Shown in pieces: positions 1 through 7,499 of a stretch of DNA of 24,000 nt (positions are counted from its first letter, which is position 1; the number at the start of each line of letters is the position of its first letter). The position numbers and the translations under genes were made by a program. This DNA is from Actinomycetota bacterium (GTDB lineage: Bacteria > Actinomycetota > Actinomycetes > Mycobacteriales > HKI-0501), in NCBI GenBank assembly GCA_030840805.1, contig JAVEDU010000021.1:13699-37698 (forward strand), in the 5' to 3' direction. Below the pieces are notes generated by a model that worked only from the letters and a program-made list of their open reading frames with translations, did no database searches and had not been told where the DNA came from.

Positions 1-126
1 GAGGGTGTCGAGGTGAGCGGCGGTCGGCGCGGAGAGCCTGATCCCGCCGGTCCGCGGGGTGATGCGCCGCCGGGCGTGGCTGCGATCGGCCGCGATGGTC
101 TGCGGGGGCCAGCCTCGACCACGCAC
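1..126 (-). CDS. Possible 5' end of a minus-strand gene running off the left edge (GTG at 124-126)
   Basis: 42 in-frame codons from 126 down to position 1. The distal ~34 codons (..QTIAADRSHARRRITPRTGGIRLSAPTAAHLDTL) are almost all G/C at third positions. No family recognised. The start is a guess. Confidence 0.25.
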   Translation of the reverse strand, partial: MRGRGWPPQTIAADRSHARRRITPRTGGIRLSAPTAAHLDTL

Positions 127-352
127 CCACCCGGGCGGTGGCGATCGCCGAACGCGGTCTCGACCGGGCTCTACGCCGGCTGTACCGCCGGTCGGCGTCG
201 CCGGCGGAGTTGCTCGCCGAGCCGGAAGCGGAGCCGGCGATGGGGCCTCGCCATGCCGGACGTCTCTCGGTGATCCGCACACAGACGACCGGTGTGGTCG
301 GTGACGGCGACGATTCCCGGCCCCCGGGTTCGAGACCAGCGGGGCGGACTCC

Positions 353-544
353 TTACGGATCAGGAATCAGCGCGGCACCGATGTCGCCGAGCCGGGGGCG
401 GTGCTCGCGGGCGTGGTGCCCGCAGAACAGGAGCTCACCGCCGGTGCGGAGCAACGCGAGAAGCTTCGCTTCTGCGCCACAACGGTCACAGCGGTCCTGG
501 CGGGTGAGCAGGGGCTGCAAGGCAGGCGGCCTGGTCGTGGTCAT
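353..544 (-). CDS. Small (63 aa) conserved actinobacterial Cys/His protein, zinc-ribbon-like (MTTTRPPALQPLLTRQDRCDRCGAEAKLLALL..LFCGHHAREH..)
   Basis: C-terminal 63 codons of track ORF 353..1084, from ATG 542-544 to TAA 353-355. The CxxC...CGHH pattern matches a small protein family I recall from mycobacteria and streptomycetes (a DUF; the number is not verified). The upstream part of the 243-aa ORF is Arg/Pro-rich with poorer codon bias. Confidence 0.75.
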   Translation of the reverse strand: MTTTRPPALQPLLTRQDRCDRCGAEAKLLALLRTGGELLFCGHHAREHRPRLGDIGAALIPDP

Positions 545-774
545 CTCGTCACGCTCCCGGGCTCTGCCGGGCCGAACGCGGCGAGCCGAGCAGGGCCGAC
601 GGCTGTCACGCCTCCGTCGATGAGCCGCGGGCCCGCGAACCGGTCGGTGACGCACCGGCCATCGACGAGCGGCGTTCCACAGGCTCTCTCGGAGATTGCG
701 CAACGACCGGCGGAGACGGTCCGGAGGACGGGGCGGTGTCGGTGCCTCGGCGGGGCTGCGGTGGTCGCATTCAT
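541..774 (-). CDS. Hypothetical 77-aa protein, stop overlapping the start of the 353-544 gene (ATGA)
   Basis: Frame of track ORF 541..1059, from the internal ATG at 772-774 (MNATTAAPP..TPLVDGRCVTDRFAGPRLIDGGVTAVGPARLAAFGPAEPGSVTR). Third-position G/C is high in the last ~45 codons. TGA 541-543 overlaps ATG 542-544 of the downstream gene. No family recognised. Confidence 0.25.
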   Translation of the reverse strand: MNATTAAPPRHRHRPVLRTVSAGRCAISERACGTPLVDGRCVTDRFAGPRLIDGGVTAVGPARLAAFGPAEPGSVTR

Positions 775-1337
775 CGTGGTTCCACTTCCGGTTCTCCAGC
801 GCGGGACTGATGCCGTCCGGTTTCTCCGGACCATCGCAGAGTGCGCCTCGCCGCAGGCCGGAACCATCCCGGTGTCCCCAAGGAAGCATGGGGGAGACCC
901 CCCATTGGTCGACGTGGAGGCGACAACCACGTGCGCATGAGCCGACGGGGTTCGACACCCGCAGGGTGCGGCCAGCGCGGTTGCCGACGTAGCGATGCGT
1001 GCCGTTCGACACGTCGGCGAGGGACGGCGGCCGGCACCGGTCGGGATGGTCGCGATCACCGCGAAGGCGCGGTGCTGTGGACATGTTCTTGTCGTCGACA
1101 GCGCCCAGGTAGGCGAAAGCGGCCGCCCGATGCCCCTACCGGCCGTGTTCGGTCGCCCGGTTGCAGCCAGGGGTACCGCGGAATACCGGCCAGCCGTGAT
1201 TCAGGACGGGTGCTGCCCGCGAAGACGCCGCGCGCCCGCGGCGCGAAGCTGGCCGGAGCAAGCGTCGGTCGCATCGGCGAGCCGACTGGGAAGTCCATTC
1301 AGGCCGAGGGATCGGGCAAACACAGGAGGCAAGGACC

Positions 1338-2549
1338 GTGGCAGGCAATCGAGCAGTGGTGTACCAGGGGCCGGGAAAGGTCTCTGTGGAGTCGGTCGAG
1401 TATCCAGAGCTGGTGCTCAAGCCCGGTCCGGGGGTGCCGCCGATCAACGAGAACCGGTCGTGCCCCCACGGCGCGATCCTCAAGGTGGTCGCGACCAACA
1501 TCTGCGGGAGCGACCAGCACATGGTCCGCGGCCGCACGACCGCCCCGGAAGGCCTGGTGCTCGGGCACGAGATCACCGGGGAGGTCGTGGAGGTGGGCCC
1601 CGACGTCGAGTACCGCAAGGTGGGTGACCTGGTCTCCGTGCCGTTCAACGTCGCGTGCGGGCGGTGCCGCAACTGCATCGAGCGCCGCACCGACGTATGT
1701 CTGAACGTCAACGACCACCCCGGCGGGGCCTACGGCTACGTCGACATGGGCGGCTGGCACGGCGGCCAGGCCGAGTACGTGATGGTTCCCTACGCGGACT
1801 GGAACACGCTGCGCTACGACGACAAGGACCAGGCGATGGAGAAGATCCTCGACCTGACCATGATCACCGACATCTTCCCGACCGGCTACCACGGCTGTGT
1901 CCAGGCCCGGGTCAGCACCGGGTCGACGGTCTACATCGCCGGGGGCGGCCCCGTCGGTCAGGCTGCGGCGACCGCGGCGCTACTTCTGGGAGCCGCGGCG
2001 GTGATCGTCGGCGATCCGAACGACAACCGGCGCGCACTGGCCCGCAGCTTCGGCTGTGAGGCCGTGGACCCGCTCGCCGGGTCCCTGCCCGAGCAGATCG
2101 AGCAGATCCTGGGGGTGCCCGAGGTCGACGCCGCGGTGGACTGTGTGGGCTTCGAGGCCAAGGGCCACCACGACGGCACCGAGCAGAACGCGGCCGTGCT
2201 CAACCAGGCCATGGAGGTCACCCGGGCGGCCGGTGGGATCGGCATCCCCGGCCTCTACGTGACCGAGGACCCGGGGGCGAAGGACGAGGCGGCCCGGCAC
2301 GGTTCGGTATCCCTGCGGTTCGGGATCGGCTGGGCCAAGTCCCTGTCGTTCGCCACCGGCCAGACCCCGACCATGCAGTACAACCGTGCGCTGCGGGAGG
2401 CGATCCTGAGCGACCGGGTGCAGATCGCGCGCAACGTCAATGCGACTGTGCTCCCACTGGAGGAGGCACCGCGGGGCTACGAGGAGTTCGACCGGGGCGA
2501 GCCGAAGAAGTTCGTGCTCGACCCGCACGGCCTGCTCGGCGCCGCGTAG
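1338..2549 (+). CDS. fdhA: Glutathione-independent formaldehyde dehydrogenase (Zn-dependent MDR family)
   Basis: The 403-aa ORF aligns by eye along its full length with Pseudomonas putida FDH (..ILKVVATNICGSDQHMVRGRTTA..GHEITGEV..VPFNVACGRCRNC..GGAYGYVDMGGW.GGQAEYV.VPYAD..IPGLYVTEDPGA..RFG.GWAKS..TGQTP..YNRAL..PRGY.EFD.G.PKKFV.DPH). GTG start at 1338, preceded by AGGAGG at 1324-1329. Confidence 0.93.
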   Translation: MAGNRAVVYQGPGKVSVESVEYPELVLKPGPGVPPINENRSCPHGAILKVVATNICGSDQHMVRGRTTAPEGLVLGHEITGEVVEVGPDVEYRKVGDLVSVPFNVACGRCRNCIERRTDVCLNVNDHPGGAYGYVDMGGWHGGQAEYVMVPYADWNTLRYDDKDQAMEKILDLTMITDIFPTGYHGCVQARVSTGSTVYIAGGGPVGQAAATAALLLGAAAVIVGDPNDNRRALARSFGCEAVDPLAGSLPEQIEQILGVPEVDAAVDCVGFEAKGHHDGTEQNAAVLNQAMEVTRAAGGIGIPGLYVTEDPGAKDEAARHGSVSLRFGIGWAKSLSFATGQTPTMQYNRALREAILSDRVQIARNVNATVLPLEEAPRGYEEFDRGEPKKFVLDPHGLLGAA

Positions 2550-2732
2550 CGCTCGCTCCACGATGCGCTCGGCGGGCATCGGATGGGCCATGGGCCTGCT
2601 GAGGCGGTGGTGGGTGATCGAGACCACTTCCGCATACCGCCCGCCGGGCGGCCTCTCGGGCCGAATGCCGGGACTGCACAGGTCCTCGTCGTCGCGCTTC
2701 CGGCCTGCCTCGTCGACGACGATCGCCGGCCC

Positions 2733-2773
2733 GGCCCTGGGGGGCTGTCGACCGATCGATCCCCCCCAGGGCC
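2733..2773 (+). terminator. Perfect 12-bp-stem hairpin (GGCCCTGGGGGG / CCCCCCAGGGCC), possible fdhA terminator
   Basis: Inverted repeat 2733-2744 / 2762-2773 around a 17-nt loop that is itself partly palindromic (GTCGACCGATCGAT). It lies ~185 nt after the fdhA stop. There is no U-tract. Confidence 0.3.
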
Positions 2774-3014
2774 TGCCCCGGTCGCGCAGGTCGATCGGAC
2801 CCGAACCCCCGCGGGATCGGCGCCGCCGCCGACGCCGTCGTCCCGGGCAGACGCGAACAGCGCGCCACAGCGGCCGGGTTCCTCGACCCGCACCTCGACG
2901 TGCGGTCGCGCCGGTTCCACAGCCCGGCGCGACCGTGGCCGCACGCGCGCCCCGGCTGACCCGACCGGCGCCCGGCCGCGGCTCCGCTCACGTCGATCCG
3001 ACCGAGGAGTGGCG

Positions 3015-4229
3015 ATGACACTGATGAACGCGCTGGGCCACGCGCTGGCGATTGCCGGCTCGATGACGTGGGAGATCCTCTGGGCGCTGGTGCTCGGCTT
3101 CTTCCTGTCCGGAGCCATCCAGGCTGTGGTCCGCAAGGACGAGGTCGTCCGGTTCATGCCGGACGACTCGCCCCGATCGCTGGCGATCGCCACGGCGGCC
3201 GGCGCGGCCTCGTCCTCGTGTTCCTACGCCGCGGTGGCGCTGGCGCGGGCGCTGTTCCGCAAGGGCGCACACTTCACCGCAGCGATGGCGTTCGAGATCG
3301 CCAGCACCAACCTCGTCATCGAACTCGGGATCCTCCTTGCCCTGCTGCTGGGCTGGCAGTTCACCCTCGCCGAGTTCGTCGGCGGGCCACTGATCATCCT
3401 GGCCGTGGCGCTCCTGTTCCGGTTGGCGGTTCGCGGGCGGATCATCGAAGCGGCCCGCGTGCAGGCCGAACGGGGGCTCGCCGGAGCGATGGAGGGGCAC
3501 GCGGCCATGGACATGAGCGTCCCGGCGGAGGGCCCGATCTGGCGACGGATCCTGTCTCCGGCCGGATTCACCGCCACCGCCCACTACTTCGTCATGGACT
3601 GGGCCGCCGTGTGGCGCGACATCGCCGGGGGTCTGCTCCTCGCGGGCGCGTTCGCGGCCTGGGTGCCCGCGGACCGGCTACGGAGCTTCTTCCTCGAGGG
3701 TCATCCGCTCGCCTCGACCCTGTGGGGTCCCCTCATCGGCCCGCTGCTCGCCGTGGCGAGTTTCGTGTGCAGCATCGGCAACGTTCCCCTGGCGGCGGTG
3801 CTCTGGAACGGTGGCCTCAGCTTCGGCGGGCTGATCAGTTTCCTGTACGCCGACCTGATCATCCTCCCGATCCTGCTGATCTACCGGAAGTACTACGGCA
3901 CCGCGATGACGGTCCGCATCACCGTGATCTTCTACGTCGTCATGGCCGCTGCCGGGTACGTCGTCGAACTCTTGTTCCAACCGCTCGGGCTGGTCCCCGC
4001 CGAGCGGCACGCCAAGGTCATCGAGGGCGTCGTGACGTGGAACTACACGACCTTCCTCAACATCGTGCTCCTCGCGCTCGCGGCGGCCTTGGTCTGGCGC
4101 TTCCTGCGTACCGGCGGCGTGTCGATGTTCCGGATGATGGGCAGTGCCCCCGGCGGGATCGAACCACACAGTCGGTCGCGGCCGAACGGCCGACGGAAAC
4201 ACATCATCGACGTCACCCGACCACGCTGA
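3015..4229 (+). CDS. Polytopic membrane permease, DUF318/ArsP_1-type (two Cys-containing signature segments)
   Basis: ATG at 3015, preceded by GAGGAG at 3004-3009. 404 aa and very hydrophobic. It has the paired motifs ..AASSSCSYAAVALARALF.. and ..ASFVCSIGNVPLAAVLW.. typical of the 'predicted permease' family. The 144 upstream codons of track ORF 2583..4229 are Arg/Pro-rich and were not used. Confidence 0.85.
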   Translation: MTLMNALGHALAIAGSMTWEILWALVLGFFLSGAIQAVVRKDEVVRFMPDDSPRSLAIATAAGAASSSCSYAAVALARALFRKGAHFTAAMAFEIASTNLVIELGILLALLLGWQFTLAEFVGGPLIILAVALLFRLAVRGRIIEAARVQAERGLAGAMEGHAAMDMSVPAEGPIWRRILSPAGFTATAHYFVMDWAAVWRDIAGGLLLAGAFAAWVPADRLRSFFLEGHPLASTLWGPLIGPLLAVASFVCSIGNVPLAAVLWNGGLSFGGLISFLYADLIILPILLIYRKYYGTAMTVRITVIFYVVMAAAGYVVELLFQPLGLVPAERHAKVIEGVVTWNYTTFLNIVLLALAAALVWRFLRTGGVSMFRMMGSAPGGIEPHSRSRPNGRRKHIIDVTRPR

Positions 4230-4843
4230 GCGCGCTCAGGAGATGCCTCCGTGATCCGGGCAACAGCGGACGGTCCACCTCGCCGGACCATCGTGCCCGG
4301 GCTGCTCCTGTTTCACCGGCAGCGCCCAGCGGCGGAGTGGTTCCGGGCGCCGCGGGGTCGCTGTGGGCCGGGACGAGCCTGTGGGCGGCGTTCGTGGCGA
4401 GACCCGTCCCGCACCGCACGCGGACAGCAACGCCACGGGGGTCCCCGGCGATGAGGGCGAGCTCGGCAAGGCGACCCCTCGACGGCCGCCCCGAGGCAGT
4501 CGAGTGCATCCGGGCCGTGCGACTGGAACTGTCCTGCGCGTTGGCTACCGAGATCGTGGATCGGCTGCGCGGTGTCGTGACGGCCTGCGACGAGGCGCAC
4601 GGGTCCGCCAGCCGCGCACGACCGGATCCTGGACTTCTCCACCGCCGTGGCCGGCACGCTGTTCTTCGTGCCCAGGCGGCCTGCGCGACCGGTACGCCGC
4701 ACGCGACACCCGAGGTCCGGCCTGCGCCCGTGGACGACGGCTCGGTCGGGATCGGCGACCCGAAGAGGAGCCACCCGTGCTGACGAGCCCGCACCCTGAA
4801 GTCGGCGGCCCTCTCCGGTCACCGCCGACGCCGTAGGAAGAGG

Positions 4844-4948
4844 GTGAGCGTGATCGGGGAAGGAGCGGTCGGATCCGCCGCCCTGCTGTCTCTGTTCGAG
4901 CGCGGCGGCACGCGAGAGGTCGTGATGATCCCCCGCAGCACGCTCGTG
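4844..4948 (+). pseudogene. N-terminal fragment of a Rossmann-fold (PanE/ApbA-like GxGxxG) oxidoreductase
   Basis: GTG at 4844 after GGAAGAGGG. VSVIGEGAVGSAALLSLFERGGTREVVMIPRS looks like an NAD(P)-binding beta-alpha-beta start. Protein-likeness and codon bias collapse after ~35 codons, and the frame then runs antisense through the 5004-5228 gene. Confidence 0.3.
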
Positions 4949-5003
4949 CGGACGGCGGCGCCACCGACCGTTCCGATTCGGCCGGGAAATCCGCACGTCG
5001 GCG

Positions 5004-5228
5004 CTATGAACGCAGGCCGTTGCGACGAAGTAGCAAATCGACCGCCACCGCGGTCAGCAGTACAGCGGAACTTCCACACACCCACGCGACCTCGGTGCCA
5101 TTGGCGTGGTCGCCCACGAGGAGCAGTAACAGCAGGGCCACGGCGACCACCGCTCCGATGTGGTCGAGCCTGGGGTTGCCCGCCTTGCGCTGGTCGGGCG
5201 ACGTGACGGCATCATCTTCTCCGGACAT
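5004..5228 (-). CDS. Small (74 aa) two-TM membrane protein, hypothetical
   Basis: ATG at 5226-5228 with GGAGAGGAG 6 nt upstream on the minus strand. Two hydrophobic spans (IGAVVAVALLLLLLVG; SSAVLLTAVAVDLLL). Codon bias is only moderate. Confidence 0.45.
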   Translation of the reverse strand: MSGEDDAVTSPDQRKAGNPRLDHIGAVVAVALLLLLLVGDHANGTEVAWVCGSSAVLLTAVAVDLLLRRNGLRS

Positions 5229-5744
5229 CGGTGCTCCTCTCCACCACGCATGCCCCGGTACGGGTGATCGACGCCGTATGTCGACCGGCCCCGTACCGCG
5301 CGCCGAGACGTCTCCTGACCGGTCCGCCTCCGCGTCACGGGAGCAGCGTCGCGTGAGCCGGCCGGTCCGGGCATCACCGCCAGCGGCCGTCGCGCTCTCC
5401 CGTTGACCGGCATGCGCGGATTCCTGCTGGCATGGTGGTCGGTTCGGCGGCGGGACACGAGGTCAGCACCGCGTCGGTCGAGCGCGGATGCCGCGCGCAG
5501 CCGGGTCGGCCGAGACCCTCACGATCATGCCCGTCCAGTCCGCCCCCACGGCCGCTGACCCAGCCGACGCCGCCGGGTCCGTTTGTCCGTCGACCGGACC
5601 GCGGGGGCGTCGGGGCCCAGCACGGATTCCCGTCAGCAGGTAGGGGACACGGCCGTTGTCCGCGCAGACTCGACGCCACCGAGGTATCACGCTCAGGGGG
5701 AGGAGTCACCAGGCTGGACGGATGCGACCGCAAGGAGAGGCGAC

Positions 5745-6800
5745 ATGACGCGACTGCCGGCAGTAGCCACGGCGGCGAGGACGACCACCGGCGGCACGGC
5801 CACACGCGGGCCGCGGGCCGCCGTGGCCGGCCTCGCGGCAGCAGCGATGGTCCTTGCCGGGTGTGGATCTCCCGGCGCGACGGCGCCGACGGCCACGTCC
5901 ATCTCGCCGTCGGCACTACAGCAGCAGTTCGTCCGGGTCGTCAAGCAGGTCAGCCCCTCCGTGGTCCTGATCCAGACCAGCAGGGGACTCGGCCCGGGCG
6001 TCGTCTTCGACACCAAGGGTGACGTCGTCACCAACAACCACGTGGTCGCGGGGGGCCACGACGTGCAGATCGTCGTGGCAGACGGCAAGCGGTACAGCGC
6101 CCGGCTCGTCGGCAGCTTCGCCCCGGACGACCTGGCCGTACTGCGCATCGACGCCACCGGGCTGCAGCCTGCGGCCTTCGCCGACTCCCAGAGCCTGGCG
6201 GTCGGCGACCTCGCCTTGGCGATCGACAACCCGCTGGGGTTGCAGAGCAGCGTCACCGAGGGGATCGTCAGCGCGCTCGGTCGCACTGTCAACGAGGACA
6301 ATGGGGCCGCGCTGCCCAACGTGGTCCAGACCAGCGCGGCGATCAACCCGGGCAACTCCGGCGGCGCGCTCGTCAACCTCCAGGGCCAGGTCATCGGTAT
6401 CCCGACCTTGACCGCCACCGACCCCCAGCTCGGCGGAGGGCAGGCGCCGGGCATCGGCTTCGCGATCCCCAGCAACATCGTCCGCACCATCGCCACCCAG
6501 CTTGTCGACCGGGGGACGGTCACCGACTCCCACCGGGCTTACCTGGGCATCCAGGCCGGGACGACCACCGGCGGCGGGCTCCTGGTGGCCCAGGTGCAGG
6601 CGGGCAGTCCGGCTGCACAGGCCGGCATCCGCGCCGGAGACCGCGTCGCCGGGGTCGACGGGACCGCCACTCCGGACCAGGCCACGCTCGCCGATGCGCT
6701 GGCCGGGCTGAAGCCGGGGCAGACCGCCGAGGTGGCGGTCACCCACCCGGACGGAACTCGGCAGACGGACCGGGTCACGCTCGGCGAGTACCCGGGCTGA
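5745..6800 (+). CDS. htrA: Secreted/lipoprotein S1C (HtrA/DegP-type) serine protease with C-terminal PDZ domain
   Basis: Catalytic triad contexts are TNNHVV, APDDLAVLRI and NPGNSGGALVN. PDZ-like GLLVAQVQAGSPAAQAGIRAGDRV. Signal peptide with lipobox LAGC. The start was chosen at ATG 5745 (AAGGAGAGG at 5732-5740) rather than the track start at 5583. Confidence 0.9.
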   Translation: MTRLPAVATAARTTTGGTATRGPRAAVAGLAAAAMVLAGCGSPGATAPTATSISPSALQQQFVRVVKQVSPSVVLIQTSRGLGPGVVFDTKGDVVTNNHVVAGGHDVQIVVADGKRYSARLVGSFAPDDLAVLRIDATGLQPAAFADSQSLAVGDLALAIDNPLGLQSSVTEGIVSALGRTVNEDNGAALPNVVQTSAAINPGNSGGALVNLQGQVIGIPTLTATDPQLGGGQAPGIGFAIPSNIVRTIATQLVDRGTVTDSHRAYLGIQAGTTTGGGLLVAQVQAGSPAAQAGIRAGDRVAGVDGTATPDQATLADALAGLKPGQTAEVAVTHPDGTRQTDRVTLGEYPG

Positions 6801-6819
6801 GCGAGGACTGCCCGGGGAC

Positions 6820-7334
6820 GTGGTCACCGGCCGCTCGCCGCCCGGCGTGAGGCGCTGACCAAGTCGCCCGCACGCGCGGGCGAGCTCGGTCGCGGTCGAT
6901 CTCCCGGTGTTCGCGAGCACCGTTCCGAGGTGGGCAACCGACGACGGCACGGTGTGGATCGACCGGGTGGCCGGCGTCGGGACCGCCGACAGGACCGCGA
7001 AGTGGCCCGCCCCATCGTCGCGACGGCGCGCGTACCGCGTGGTCGCGGGGAGCAAGACCGTCCCGAGCAGGCAGACATCGCGACCCGACTCGGGTGCGAC
7101 CTCGGCCGGCGGTTGCGCGGCGCCGTCCCGAGCGGCCGATGCTGCCACCGCGCTGATCAGCACCGGATCACCGGAGCACCGGCAGGTCTCCCGTCACCAC
7201 TGGACCCCGTGCCGCGCCGGCACCCGGTCGGCCCGTTCCGTGCGCGCGTCCTCGAAGGCACCGAGACGAGGGGAGTTCGTCACCCCCGTCTCGGTGCCGC
7301 ACCGACCGTGACAGACGGAGGTCCGCACCGACAT
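6820..7334 (-). pseudogene. Coding-like minus-strand frame interrupted by an in-frame TGA (7194-7196) and lacking a usable stop: probable gene remnant
   Basis: One frame reads MSVRTSVCHGRCGTETG..RLGAFEDARTERADRVPARHGVQW*..VLISAVAASAARDGAAQPP..DVCLLGTVLLPATTRYARRRDDGAGHFAVLSAV..HLGTVLANTGRSTATELARACG. Most third positions are G/C. After ~6820 the frame continues antisense through htrA with no stop until 5916. No family recognised. Confidence 0.3.
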
Positions 7335-7499
7335 GTCGTCCGCGCATGGACTTTCGGTCCTGGGCGCCCCAGGCCGGGTCGCCATGCCGCTTGGCATGGC
7401 GTACGGGCTGGTAACTTCGCGCCGCTTCTCGGACACTTGCACGCACAAGCGACTTGTTCCGCACCACGGGGGTGCCGCCACCCGAACGGGGAGGTCAGT

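Noticed and set aside
326-337. GGGTTCGAGACC, reminiscent of a tRNA T-loop; similarly GGGGTTCGACACCC near 946-959
   Set aside because: The flanking bases do not form a 5-bp T-stem. No acceptor, D or anticodon arms can be drawn. No tRNA is called.
353-1084. 243-aa ORF as a long form of the small Cys/His protein
   Set aside because: Only the last 63 codons resemble the conserved family and have an ATG in a sensible context. The upstream 180 codons have background-level third-position G/C and an Arg/Pro-rich composition.
2583-3014. N-terminal extensions suggested by the track for the permease (2583..), the XRE regulator (6930..), htrA (5583..), smpB (18428..) and kdpE (17288..)
   Set aside because: The extensions are compositionally biased and lack homology-like features. 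Each has a better internal start with a Shine-Dalgarno sequence or a stop/start overlap. The coordinates given here are for the permease case.
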